Below are positions 26,095-37,944 of a stretch of DNA of 64,000 bases, piece after piece. The notes under the pieces are model-generated. The model did not search any database. It had not been told where the DNA came from and saw only the letters and a list, made by a program, of their open reading frames with translations. The stretch's first letter is position 1; every line of letters begins with the position of its first letter. The DNA comes from Carcharhinus longimanus (Eukaryota): the NCBI GenBank assembly GCA_030264375.1, contig JASCQW010000061.1, forward strand, positions 76,732,760 through 76,796,759, given 5' to 3'. The translations under genes were made by a program, and so were the position numbers.

Positions 26095-26220
26095 CTTCAC
26101 CTGACGAAGGAGTAGCGCTCCAAAAGCTTCTGATTTCAAATAAACCTACTGGACTATAAGCTGGTGTCCTGTGACCTCTCATCTTGTCCACCCCAGTCCA
26201 AAACCAGCACCTCCAAATTA
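26095..26220 (+). mobile_element. Second copy of the Penelope-like/hammerhead-core short repeat
   Basis: tcacCTGACGAaggagtagcgctccAAAAgcttctgatttcaaataaacctactggact...cagtccaaaaccagcacctcca. Confidence 0.65.
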
Positions 26221-26830
26221 AACATGACAGCTCTGTAGCTTCAGAACAGACTTACTACAATTCAAGCACTTGATCACTGGTTCACTGTGAGGAAGCACCA
26301 AGTGGAGGCCGGAATATTCCCTACACAGACGGAAATTTGAGGGTCAATCATTCCCAGGTCAGTGTTGCAAACATCCTGGCCCTGGCTGCAGCTTTGAAAG
26401 TGACATCTGTAGGGGCCTGGTGAAAGTAGTTCTTAAGAGTAGTTAAGTTTGCCAAAGCCTCCAGGATTAAACTTAATTTCCAGGAATCAAAGAATAACCC
26501 ATCTCAAGCAACTCCGAAGAAAAAAAAAATCAAAAGGGACCATTAGAAAAAGGTGATTTTTGTTTTAAATGAACCCTTCTGTTTATTTGTTATTAAAAAA
26601 ATTTGAACATGGGAAAGAAGGCAGATTGACTGACAAATCACCCAACTGGGGAATCATTGATATACGGAGGCAGTGCACCATGTGGGTGGGGAAGTTGTAG
26701 GTTGAAGGATTAAAACCTCCAAGGGTATGTCCAACCAGAGCTAGAAACTCAAAGGATAGATGATGTAAAGCATGAACAGAAGTTAAATAAAATAAAATGG
26801 TGTTCACACAAAAAAGGATAGTCCTCTCAA

Positions 26831-27113
26831 AGGTGGCACTGTGGTTAGCACTGCGGTTAGCACTGCTGCCTCACAGTGCCAAGCACCCAGGTTCGATTCC
26901 CAGCTTGGGTCACTGTCTGTGTGAAGTTTGCATGTTCTCCCCGTGTCTGCATGCGTTTCCTCTGGATGCTCCGGTTTCTTCCCACATGCTGAAAGACGTG
27001 CAGGTTAGGTGCATTGACCCAAAGAGGTGCCGGACTGTGACAACTAGGGGAATTTCACGGCAACTTCATTGCAATGTTACTGTAAGCCCTACTTGTGGCT
27101 AATAAATAAACTC
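26831..27113 (+). mobile_element. V-SINE-like element, tail type B
   Basis: Head with a 12-bp duplication (cactgtggttag cactgcggttag), B-box ggttcgattccc, V-domain, and tail ...ctaataaataaact. Confidence 0.85.
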
Positions 27114-27220
27114 CAAGTAAAGAAAAACATACTAGCAAACAGTGAGAAAGAAGTGGAACCAACAAAAATGTCTTAAGCCCATCTCAGTGCAATGAATTTC
27201 TATAAAGAATAAAAAGACAC

Positions 27221-27343
27221 CTGAGCCCAACTGTAAGATGAGGCAGAAGCCCATTCCTTTGTATCCATTTGTTTTCGTGCTGAATCTATTAGATTGGAGA
27301 CGTCTACATTTGTTGAAGTAACTTCTGGACCAGACTGCTTTGT
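27221..27343 (-). CDS. EPB41L3: EPB41L3 123-nt exon (TKQSGPEVTSTNVDVSNLIDSARKQMDTKEWASASSYSWAQ)
   Basis: Boundaries ctacacag| and CAG|GTGTCT. Aligns to human TKQSSGEK...SLLESARK...SQSWVQ. Missed by the ORF track. Confidence 0.88.
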
Positions 27344-27856
27344 CTGTGTAGACACAGAAAGTCAACATATAAAAGCTAACTGACATACATGATTACGTAA
27401 ACAGCAGACAGATAAAAGTCTATTCAGATATAAAAGGTTGAAGAAGTTAGGAGAGATTAATTAGGATGTATGGAAAAAGCAAAAGGAGGGAATAAGTGTA
27501 GAGAAACATACAAAGGATAACAGGTTAAAGCTGAGGAACATCATATTTCAGAGGCTTTGCTCGATTGAAAAGATGTGCAACATAATCGTGAATAAAGTTA
27601 GAAGGTGATGGGGCAATCTGCTGAAATGCAATGAGGTGCAGCCTGAATAAGCTTAAAATTTTAAGGGAACAATGCCTAATTTAACCAAACGATGATGTCA
27701 AAAATAAAATGGCAAAACTATCCTAGAGGACCACTGGCTGGGTGCAAGCAAATAGCAGGTAAGCGTAATCGCGGCTTTAGCTGTGTAAGCATACCAAAGC
27801 CATGTTGTCTGAAAGTCATGCGGATCTTTAGATTGAGTGGTGGGGGCAACAGTTAC

Positions 27857-28099
27857 CAATAATCTTGATCCCGTTGACTCAGTAAAGTAGTGTGCTGTAG
27901 CAATAGTAAACATTGGCTCTTCACCAGTCTTCCATTTGGTCATTGAGGTCTCATACTTCTGCAGTGGGGTTGGGCCCATATAAGAGCTTTCAATTCCTCC
28001 TGCAGTCTCTTTAGCTGTCAGGCTACCTTCAGTTTCACCTCTTTTTGTTTCCCCCTTCTTTGAAATGACAGTTGCTTCCAATGTAGACAGCACAATTTT
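27857..28099 (-). CDS. EPB41L3: EPB41L3 U3-region exon (KIVLSTLE...EEPMFTIATAHYFTESTGSRLL)
   Basis: Acceptor aaacag|, donor TTG|GTAACT. 243 nt, open, phase 0/0. FTIATAHYxTES resembles long vertebrate 4.1B isoforms as recalled. The 5' boundary is less certain because of an in-frame CAG giving a start at 27958. Confidence 0.72.
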
Positions 28100-28696
28100 C
28101 TGTTTGATAATTTGACAGATGACAAAATCTACCAATCGTTGATCAGATCAATACATTTCATCTTCAACTTTACTTTCTCCACTGACTGCTGTCAAGCATT
28201 GCATTATAATGTTAGCATTTCTTTTCTATTGTTGCCTATATTGAAGTTCCTTTCTCACCATTCCCCTCCCCCTTTCCCTCCCTCCATCCATATTGTTTTT
28301 GAAATTTGTGGTCTATAACTTTTTCAGAATGGCAATCTCCAGTGGATTGCAACTCTGGATGGACTTAATTATATTGAAATTGCACAGCTCGTCTCGCCCA
28401 ACCTTCCTCACTCAGGCTAGGTGAGAAAGGAGTAGTGGAGCACGCCCCCGGCTGCATCATCACAGTGTTAACTGGGGAATATAGAAGGAAGGCGTGCTCC
28501 CTTTTGACGACATAGGGACAATTTAAAGGGAGAAGGTAGCTGGTGGTTCAGACATTGACGGGGAAGACATGGTTTTTGGAAGGGGCAGGGTTAGGTTTTG
28601 GATTGGGTGGAGATGTGGGCTTGATTGGGATGAAGGGTTGAGGGTTCCTGGGTGTGGTCATGGGTGGTGTGCAGAATCCCCTGAGGGATGGGGGAA

Positions 28697-29042
28697 GAAT
28701 CATAGGAACACTACAATGCAGAAAGAGGCCCTTCAGCCCATCAGGTCTACACCGAACACAATTCCACCCAGGGCCTACCCCCATATCCCTACATATTATA
28801 CCCACTAATCCCTCTAACCTACACATCCCTGGATACGAAGGGGCAATTTCTTAGCATGGCCAATCAACCTAACCTGCACATCTTTGGACTGTGGGAGGAA
28901 ACCGGATTACCCGGAGGAAACCCACACAGACACGAGGAGAATGTGCAAACTCCGCACAGACAGTGACAAGAGCCGGGAATTGAGCTCAGGACCCTGGAGC
29001 TGTGAAGCAGCAGTGCTAACCACTGTGCTACCGTGCCGCCCC
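28697..29042 (-). mobile_element. HE1-like V-SINE, full length, relatively young
   Basis: Retains CpGs (ggggcggcacggtagcacagtggttagc on the minus strand). Highly similar to 20036-20374. Confidence 0.9.
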
Positions 29043-29137
29043 AAACACAGTTGTGTTTTTTAGCTCAACTGTAAAGAACACAGTTGTGTTCTTTAGCTCA
29101 AGCAAAGCTTTGATTGAGTAATTTAAAATAATTAAGT

Positions 29138-29492
29138 CTTTTTTTTATTCATTCATGTGATATGGGCATCACTGGCTGGCCAGCATTTATCGCCCATCCC
29201 TCGTGGCCCTTGGAGGATGGTTCAACCACATTGCTGTGGCTCTGGAGTCAAGAATAGGCCAGACCAGGAAAGGATGGCAGATTTCCTTCCCTCAAAGGAT
29301 ATTAGTGAACTAGATGGGTTTTTTCCTGAGAATGGTTTCATGTCATCAGTAGATTCTTAATTCCAGATTTATTTTTACTGAATTCAAATTCCACCATCTG
29401 CCGTGGTTGGATTTGAACCCAGGTCCCCAGAGCATTAGCTGAGTTTCTGGATTAACAATCTCGCGATAGTACCACTGGGCCATCACCTCTCC
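29138..29492 (-). mobile_element. SacSINE1/DeuSINE-like SINE, full length
   Basis: Reverse-complement similarity to 18421-18842, without the insert. Confidence 0.75.
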
Positions 29493-29524
29493 ATAAGTAT
29501 GGAAGGAGAGATCTTGGTGAATTC

Positions 29525-29640
29525 TAACGGTGTATCTTGCAGATGGTACACACTGCTGCCAGTGTGCGTGGGTGGTGGAGGGAGAAAATGTTTATGGATG
29601 GGGTGCCTATCGAATGGATTGCTTTGTCCTGGTTCTGATT
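29525..29640 (-). mobile_element. LINE ORF2 C-terminal fragment (CR1/L2 group)
   Basis: QDKAIHSIGTPSINIFSLHHPRTLAAVCTICKIH resembles the Q..A.R.I...SL..RR.V C-terminal pattern of L2/CR1-group ORF2. Confidence 0.55.
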
Positions 29641-30044
29641 GACCATGCAGTTGCGATTTTGACTGATGTGGCTCTTATGTGATATGCGGAAATGACTTTG
29701 ATCGAGAGTCAGAGAAATTTCACAGATTATTTGTCTGTTTTCTGTTGTTCTTGCACTTTGTCCAATGTAGCTGCTAACAGCAGAGGGAAGCATATTGCTC
29801 AATTGCACTCTGAGCATGGATTCAAGCTTTTTTTTGTGTGATAGATGTTGGACTAACAGGCCTATTGTTTCCTGCTTTCTGTCTGTCTCCTTCTTTTATT
29901 GGATAAAGCTCGCTATCGTCTAATGTACTGGGACCCTTCCAGAATGTAAGGATATTTTGGAAGAAAATAACCAACGCATCGCCTATCACTGCCGTCACTC
30001 CTCGAGGGAGGTGGTGGAGTGGGGGAGTGGGGGGGGAGGTGCTA

Positions 30045-30310
30045 CTATGGAGGTGGTGGTATAGTGGTATTGTTACTGGACTAGTAATCCNNNNNNNNNN
30101 NNNNNNNNNNNNNNNNNNNNNNNNNNNNNNNNNNNNNNNNNNNNNNNNNNNNNNNNNNNNNNNNNNNNNNNNNNNNNNNNNNNNNNNNNNAAACCCACAC
30201 AGACACGAGGAGAATGTGCAAACTCCACACCGACAGTGACCCGAGCTGGGAATCGAACCCAGGACCCTGGAACTGTGAAGCAGCAGTGCTAACCACTGTG
30301 CTACCGTGCC
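30045..30310. mobile_element. DeuSINE-like head (+) and HE1-like head (-) flanking a gap
   Basis: ggaggtggtggtatagtggtattgttactggactagtaatcc before the Ns, and an HE1 V-domain plus tRNA head on the minus strand after. Confidence 0.7.
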
Positions 30311-31559
30311 GGGGGGTGCGGGCGGGTGGTAATGGGTGTGCAGGGTGTCCCGTGCAAAGTTGGGTCTGGGTTTTTGAAGTACCTACTCTGGAGTTGGAAT
30401 TGATTTTTTTCCTTCCAACAGAGTAACTATCAGGGTAAAATTAGCAGAATCGCCTAGTGTTATTGATTCAAATCACTGCTGTCGGATAGTTCCCAGCCCA
30501 GCACAATTGTCCAAAGGAAGTCAGCACTTCTGGGCAATTGCTGGGGAAACCCTCATGTGGGAACTTCTGTAGGGATTCCCCAGTGTACCATTAGGATATC
30601 CCCCAAAAGTGTCACTGGAAAACCAGGAAGATATTGGCCTGTGTCTCATAAGATGCCATCAGTCATCTGGAGTGGGTTGAGAAGTAAATTGTCCTTTACT
30701 CATCAACTCTAACTCTCAGCATTAGATTATAAGCTTCAAGTGGATGTTGATTGTAAAGGCAAATTTTTGACCTAATATGGGCAGTAATCTGGCAGAGTGG
30801 GTCACCTATCTATTAAAAAACTGATTTTCACTGATGAATGGATTGGAAGTTGGTGCGCTCCATAACAGGCAGGTTACTGTTCACATGGCAAAGTCTAAAA
30901 CTTATTACAGCTGTCTCTAGAGAAATATAACCTTCAGCAGATAGCCCTTCTACAAATATCACAGATCTTAGTCTCTGATGTTTTAAACAGGATTTTAAAT
31001 TTGTGTAGTGAAATGCTTTTATAGAGCAACTACATTCATTCTCAGATATATGCCAACATTATACTTAACACTGAATAGGTATCATTTTAACCAACTGTTG
31101 TGTTATAGTTAAAAGGGCACCTATGTTTTCATCTGCTTCAAAAGGGGAAGGTACAGTCGCTATACATGACTCAATTTCAGAACTAAGCAGGTTGTAAACT
31201 CTTAGGTAAATAAACAATTCCATCACTCACATTCAAATAAATACTTGAACAGAAATATAACATTTTAAATGCTAAACATTTAGCTTAGGAATCATAGCTT
31301 ATGATATGTCAGTATTACAACCTGAAATTCTATCCTTCGTTGGTAAGTTTAAATAGACTATGTACAAGATCATGGAGTTACTGCAAATGTGTGCTTAATA
31401 TCCAAGTACATACAATACATCAGGATTGAGAAACAAGAACCCTGAGCACTCTGTGGAAGTATTTGCTAAAATAGTCTTAACCAAAGTCAAAGTGATGTTC
31501 CTGTATAACAATTGTGGTTTATGATTCTCTTTGCACCCTTTGACATATTCAACTACACC

Positions 31560-32300
31560 TAGCCTCTTCAAAAGTCTCTACTTCATTGTCTAGTTCATGT
31601 GAGGCTGCCATCATCCAGTTTCAGGCTTAGCATGCTGAATGTTGGAAAGGTTAAACTCAATACTTTCAGCTCCACCACAAAATTGGTGCACAAACTTCAT
31701 TCCCAGCTCATTCTCAAGTTGAAGCAGACTCACCACCTCAACATTCTACTCGATCCCAATGTCAGATCCTCTCCATCAAGAAGAGATTGCCTACTTCCAC
31801 CTCCGTAATAATGCCCACCTCTCAACCTTACCTCTGCCCTTGAGTTGAAATCTTCATCCTTGCCTTTGTCATATCTAGAATCAGCTATTCCAATGCTCTC
31901 CTGGCTGGCCTCCCATTCCACAACCTCTAAACTTCAGCTCATCCAAAAATCTGCTGCATTTATTCCACCTGTAACCAGGTCTCACTCACCCTTCAACCCC
32001 TGCCCCTTCAGCTCTGTTCCTCAATGTCTTAATTTAAAATAAATTTTCCGTGGGTTTAAATCCATAGATGGCTTAACCCTCCCAACTCTATAACCGCCCC
32101 ATCAATACAACATTTCTCAAATTCTCCATCTTTGGCCAGTTTTGCATTTCCCTCTCTTCTTCACCAGTGACCGTGAATTCAGCTGCCTCGACACTACTTC
32201 GGGGATTCCGTTCCTGAATCCTTCTGCCCCTCCACTTCCTTCTTATTCTTTATAACCTTCTTTAAACCCATGCTACCACCTCCTTAGGCACCTCATTCAT
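31560..32300 (+). mobile_element. Degenerate L2-like LINE 3' region
   Basis: Decayed AYFHLRN...FILAFVISRISYSNALLAGLP...KLQLIQKSAA, the L2 RT C-terminal pattern. Confidence 0.7.
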
Positions 32301-32310
32301 TTTTGGATAA

Positions 32311-32435
32311 AAGCAAACTACTGTGGATGTTGGAATCTGAAACCAAGAGAAAATTCTGGAAAATCAACTAGCAAATGCAGCTCTTTTCTCTCCTTACAGA
32401 TGATGCCTGCTGAGATTTTCCAGCATTTTCTCTCA
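32311..32435. repeat. Hairpin element related to 10016-10210, internally deleted
   Basis: gagaaaattctggaaaatc / gattttccagcattttctc inverted arms. Confidence 0.55.
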
Positions 32436-32555
32436 TTCATTTTTTGATTGTGGCTCTGCAGACTGCACTGGAACTTTCTGCAATGCTAAAAATGATGTAC
32501 TGATGCACGTTGTTGTTTCGTTATTTCATGTGAGCAAATTTGCATTATACATCAT

Positions 32556-34364
32556 TGTGACGATATTGTGCCTTTAAGAACTGTATTTGTCATTTTTTTG
32601 TGCAGCATCTATTCTATGCACTCAGCAGTTCTTTCTATATTCCAGCATCCTTTATTTTTACTGCAACGGTATAATTGTTCGTTTTAATTTGAACTAATTC
32701 AGTGTTCTGATGGTTTTGGTGTTCTCTGGGATTGCAGAATGGGCTTGATTGATACATTAAGTCGTGTGACTGGGTACAGGTAGAATTACACAGAACTCAA
32801 GCTTTTTGAGAGAAGTGTCTCTCTTTTCTCCTCTCTAAAGTTGGGGACTGCTAGGAGATAAATCTCCTTCTGAGAGATTCTACTGTGTGAGGGGGGATCT
32901 GAGTAACTATTTTAGATGCTGTTTTTGAGTTGAGGGAGAGGAGTGCCTCTCTTTTCCCCTCTCAAGACTGGAGACTGGGAGCTGCCAGAGACTAGGTTTA
33001 CTTCTCTGAACAAAGAAACTTACAGCACAGGAACAGGCCCTTTGGCCCTCCAAGCCTGCAGTGACCATGCTGTCTGACTGAACTAAAACCTCCTACCCTT
33101 CAGGGGACCATATCCCTCCGTTCCCATCCTATTCATGTATTTGTCCAGATGCCCCACAAAACTCACTATTGTATCTGCTTCTACTACTTCCCCGGCAGTG
33201 TGTTCCAGGCATCCACCACCCTCTGTGTAAAAAAACTTGCCTTGTACATCTCCTTTAAACCTATGCCCACTAGTAATTGACTCTTCCATCCTGGGAGAAA
33301 GCTTCTGACTATCCACTCTGCCCATGCCCTCATAGTCTTATAAGCTTCTATCAGGTTGCCTCTCAACCTCTGTCACTCCAGTGAAAACAAAGCAAATTTC
33401 TCTCACCTCTCCTTATAGCTAATGCCCGCCACAGCAGACAACATCCTGGTAAATCTTTTCTGTACCCTCTCCAAGCCTCCACATCTTTCTGGTGGTGCGG
33501 CGATCAGAATTGCAACCTAACTAAAGTTCTATAAAGCTGCAACATAACTTCTGATTTTTAAACTCAATGCCCCGGCTAATGAAGGCAAGCACGCTGTATG
33601 CCTTCTTGACTACTTTTTCCACCTACTTTGCCACTTTCAGTGACCTGAACACCCAGTTCCCTTTGCCTATCAATACCCTTAAGGGTTCTGCCATTTACTG
33701 TATATTTCTTATTTGTATTAGATCTTCCAAAATGCATTACATCACATTTGTCTGGATTACACTCCATCTGCCACCTCTTAGCCCAAACCTCCAACCGACC
33801 TATATCCTGCTGTATCCTCTGATGGCCGTCATCGCTATCTGCAAATCCACCAACCTTTGAGTCATCCGCAAACTTACTAATCAAACCAATTACATTTTCC
33901 TCCAAATCATTTAATATGTGTATTGAGTTTTTTTTTGATGTTTTGAGGATATATCCTTCTCTGAAAACTGCTATCTGGATCTCTGTCCAGAAGTGTTAAA
34001 AATGTGGAAATTTAGTATCATGTAAGCATCTTTGGTTTCTGTGCTAACTGCTTCTATAGAAGAGATTTGTGTCTCTGGGGTATTGCTTTAGCTTGCAACC
34101 ACAGGGATATTTAGCTGTTAAGGATTATTCTTACTATGTCTAAGCATTTTGATTGGTAAAAATTATGCTAATTCTTTTTGTTCTATTCTAACTGTGGTCT
34201 TAAAGAAAGCTTCTTTGATAAAAGCTTCATAGTGGGTCAACTGAATCACATCTGGAGAGAAGTGCCTTATGCTCATCTTAATGCCAAAATCAAATGCAAA
34301 AGTTGAGGTCTAGGCTAACTGCATAACATGCCTTGGAGTTTCTGGTCTGATCTGATCCTTAATA
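32556..34364. mobile_element. Probable solo LTR-like element with a nested CR1
   Basis: Begins TGTGACGAT and ends atccttaata (a decayed ...ACA?). Has internal tandem units (agtgtctctcttttctcctctc / agtgcctctcttttcccctctc). No clean TSD. Confidence 0.45.
33008..33912 (-). mobile_element. CR1/HER1-like LINE 3' ~0.9 kb including RT (ISKFADD) remnant
   Basis: ORF fragments GLISKFADDSKVGG...WQMECNPDKCDVMHFG, RGNLIEAYK and FFTQRVVDAWNTLP, with frameshifts. Confidence 0.9.
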
Positions 34365-34732
34365 CCACTGAAAATAACATCATTGCCAGCCACTGGTGAT
34401 GCTGCATTAGCCTAAAACGTCATTTAAACTCTCAATTTTATCAAATAAATCAACTTTCTTTTCTGATCAACGGACAGCCCAAGTAAGAGCCATTTACAGG
34501 TTTAACAACATTTCACGTTTGATAGATTGAGTCCAGTTGTAATGTTTTATCTTTGCTATCTAACAAAAGATAGATCAAAAGAAACTTAAATCCAACTTGG
34601 CTTTCAATTCGAGAGAATTACCCTTGATTTCTTAGTGGAGATTACAACATTCATTGAAAATTCATATATAAATAAATGTCAATAACCCAAATATCAATAT
34701 GTACAAATGAATTTTAAAGAAAAACAATCAAC

Positions 34733-34837
34733 CTCTGGTGGAGATGAGACTGTTTTGCTGACCACAACTTCTTCAGACACCATGGTGCTTTGATCAATGA
34801 TTGGCTCCTTGTCCTGCACCACCTTCTCTTCTCCAGC
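34733..34837 (-). CDS. EPB41L3: EPB41L3 U3-region exon (AGEEKVVQDKEPIIDQSTMVSEEVVVSKTVSSPPE)
   Basis: Acceptor tttttattccaattag|, donor GAG|GTTGAT. 105 nt, open, phase 0/0. E/V/S/K-rich like the other U3 exons. Confidence 0.7.
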
Positions 34838-35134
34838 CTAATTGGAATAAAAATATTAGTGCTAATTAACAAGACAATTATACAATATTCAAATTTTGGT
34901 GAAGGCTCTAGACATGCAACAGTTATGAAAAGCAGGTAAGGGTTACATTCCAGGTGCAGGACTTTACCTGCCAGAAGTTCATACTTGGAAATTGTAGGTG
35001 TGCTTGGCAAAATTATTTCATTCATAGGTGGAAAATTGTAGGGAATATTCTTACAATGCCCAGACTGCAAACTGGTTTGTGAAGCTCCACACTGGGAGCA
35101 TGCATTCAGCAAATGTGTGTTAACGTAAACAGGC

Positions 35135-35830
35135 TACGTGAGGAAACACAGTGGAGGACGCACCCCTGTCTACATCAATGGTAATGAAGTGGGAATGGAT
35201 GCAAGCTTCAAGTTTCTAGGTGATCAGATCACCAACAACCTGTCCAGGTCACATCACACTGATGCTACAGTTAATAAAGCTCACCAACGCCTCTACTTTC
35301 TCAGGAGGCTAAGGAAATTCGACACATCTGTTACGACTCTCACCGATTTTTACAGATGCACCATAGAAAACAACCTTTCTGGATTTATCACAGCTTAACA
35401 TGGCTCCTGATCTGACCAAGACGGCAAAGAACTACAAAGGTTTGTGAGCATAGCCCAGTCCATCATGCAAACCATCCTCCCATCTATTAAGTCCGTCAAC
35501 AATCGAAAAAGCAGACTGCATAATCAAGAACCCCACGCACCCTGGACATACTCTCTTCCACCTTCTTCCATCGGGAAAAAGATACAAAAACCTGTATCAA
35601 CCGACACAAGAACAGCTTCTTCCCTGCTACCAGACTTTTGACTGGATCTACCATATATTAAGCTGATCTTTCTCTACACCCTATCTGTAATTGCAACACT
35701 ATCTTCTGCACCCTCCACTTTCCTTCCCCCCACCTACTCTATGAACAGTATGTTTTTTCCTGAATAGTGCACAAGAAACAATACTTTTCACTGCATCCCA
35801 TTACATGGGATAATAAGTAGTCAAATCAAA
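35135..35830 (+). mobile_element. Rex1/Babar-like LINE 3' fragment
   Basis: PVYINGNEV...FKFLG..ITNNLS.S.HTDATVNKAHQRLYFLRRLRKF...FYRCTIE, typical of the Rex-Babar RT C-terminus. Confidence 0.8.
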
Positions 35831-37134
35831 CAACGGCTACTTTCACAAAGAACAAACATTCAAATAAAATGGAAGGCAGGCAAAAAAAACTGTCCACATC
35901 TCAAATATGATTTTCATCAGAATTTTTTCACAAAAGTTCTGTTACTATACAATATTTCAGCAGTAGCTTTTGGATATATATCTAAAATCAAGTCACTGCC
36001 ATTTTAATTAGGTTGCTGAGCTATGTTATTTGTGAAAACAAGTGGGCTATTAACATGTATAGCTATTAAATATAAAATTAGAAATTTAATGTTACCTCAT
36101 AGAAAGATTAATTTCTGTCTATGCAAATTAGCAGAGGATCAGAGAAACTGGAAAGATCTAGCGATAGATCCAAATGATACAGATGGGCCATTTTCAGAAC
36201 GGGCTTAGGGAGTTGTGGCTTTTTACTCAAAACTGTAGAATTTGAGGGGTAAGCTTGGATATAGTGAACAGCTTTACTTCCACTCAAGTGGTAGGTTATC
36301 TAAGCGAGCTAGAGAGTGTGGAGATTGAGGGAGGGCAGTGGTACTAGTTAAGAAAGCATAGAAAATGCCAGAAAATCCTCTCAACAGGTTGGCAGAGCAA
36401 GCAATTAGTTTGGCTTCATTTTGGACCTTCAAAAGGGAGCTGGATGAGTTCTTCTGACTGAAAGATATCTTAAGTTATAGGTGGTGTGTGGGTCAACTGG
36501 CACAAGTGAATCGGATCATTGTAGTCTCCTAGAATTTGCTCATATCATCTTCTGGGCTTTGTTTTCTTCTTAAAGTAACCAAAATAACTGCTAGAATGGT
36601 TTTGGTAAGTGAAGAAGTCTTTGTAGTCATATGTTAACTATAAATCTTCATTGGCTCTTAGAACTATTTACACGCATACAGTAAAGGGTATGAGCTGTCA
36701 CTATGCTTGCTGGTACACGCAACTCTGTCCTAACTCAACTAGCCCTGGGGGCAAGTCAAGTGCTCGCTTACATCACTGTGTGGGTAGCACTGTACTCAGT
36801 CCCACATTAACCCTGTCATGTGCCAGACTTTATACTATAGGAATGCTGTAATATGTTTTTTCTCCCCCCTCCTTATGATTGCGTGGCAGGAAAGAAAGCA
36901 GGGAATGGGACTACTAATACATCCTACATGCACTAAATCATTCACAAGGACCAAATGGTTTCCCAACTGGTGATCCTGTGTCTCATTTTGTATGTTTCTG
37001 CATTTAGATGAAATGTTCACTACGTTCATATTAAATTTCTCTGTCCACTATTTTAATGGGATCATGAATGCATTATTTTAAATAGATTCATGGCTACATT
37101 AAAATAATGCATAGATATATGATATAATAATTTT

Positions 37135-37530
37135 TAAAAATTCATTTGTGGGATTTGGGCATCACTAGCTGGCCAGCATTTATTGCCCATCCATAGCTGC
37201 CCTTGAAAGTTGATGGTGAGCTGCCTTCTTGAAGTGCTGCCATTTCAGAGGGCAGTTGAGAGTCAACCACATTGCTGACACATGTAGGCCAGACCACAGA
37301 AGGATGGCAGACTTTCTTCCTGAAAGGACATAAGCAAACTAGATGTTGTTTTCCAACAATCAACGATGGTTTCATGGTCATCAGCAGATTCTTAATTCCA
37401 GATTTTTTAAAAATCAAATTGAAGCTCCACCAGCTGCTGTGGCAGGCTTCGAACTCAGGTCCCCAGAAGATTAGCTGACTTTCTGGATTAATAGTCCAGC
37501 AATATTATCATTAAGCTATCACCACCCCTC
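37135..37530 (-). mobile_element. SacSINE1/DeuSINE-like SINE
   Basis: Colinear with 29138-29492. Confidence 0.75.
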
Positions 37531-37699
37531 ACAAAAATCAACAACATTATTTTCCAGGCATAGGTTTCAAGCTCTGTATCTTGATTTGGTCATTTTTCGT
37601 TTCAATATCATTATTGTCCCTGAAAACAATATGACTTTAAGAAAAAGGACTTAAGGCAGATTACAAATTCACTGGATTAACTGGATCCTCATAGAATTC

Positions 37700-37844
37700 C
37701 GACAAATTTGTTGGAATTCTATGAGGATGTGACTAGTGCGGTAGACAGAGGGGAACCGGTGGATGTAGTGTTTCTCGATTTTCAGAAGGCGTTTGATAAG
37801 GTGCCGCACAAAAGGTTGCTTCAGAAGGTTAGGGGGCATGGAGT
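37700..37844 (+). mobile_element. CR1-like RT fragment running into a gap
   Basis: TNLLEFYEDVTSAVDRGEPVDVVFLDFQKAFDKVPHKRLLQKVRGHG. Confidence 0.88.
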
Positions 37845-37944
37845 NNNNNNNNNNNNNNNNNNNNNNNNNNNNNNNNNNNNNNNNNNNNNNNNNNNNNNNN
37901 NNNNNNNNNNNNNNNNNNNNNNNNNNNNNNNNNNNNNNNNNNNN

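Noticed and set aside
28130-28190. Purine-rich exon-like stretch after a CAGCAG just upstream of the 28099 exon
   Set aside because: All frames hit stops or give a phase mismatch before joining the downstream exon.
33001-33967. cttctctgaa repeated on both sides of the CR1 as a TSD
   Set aside because: The right copy is ~45 nt from the LINE end, and the host element has internal tandem units that explain the match.
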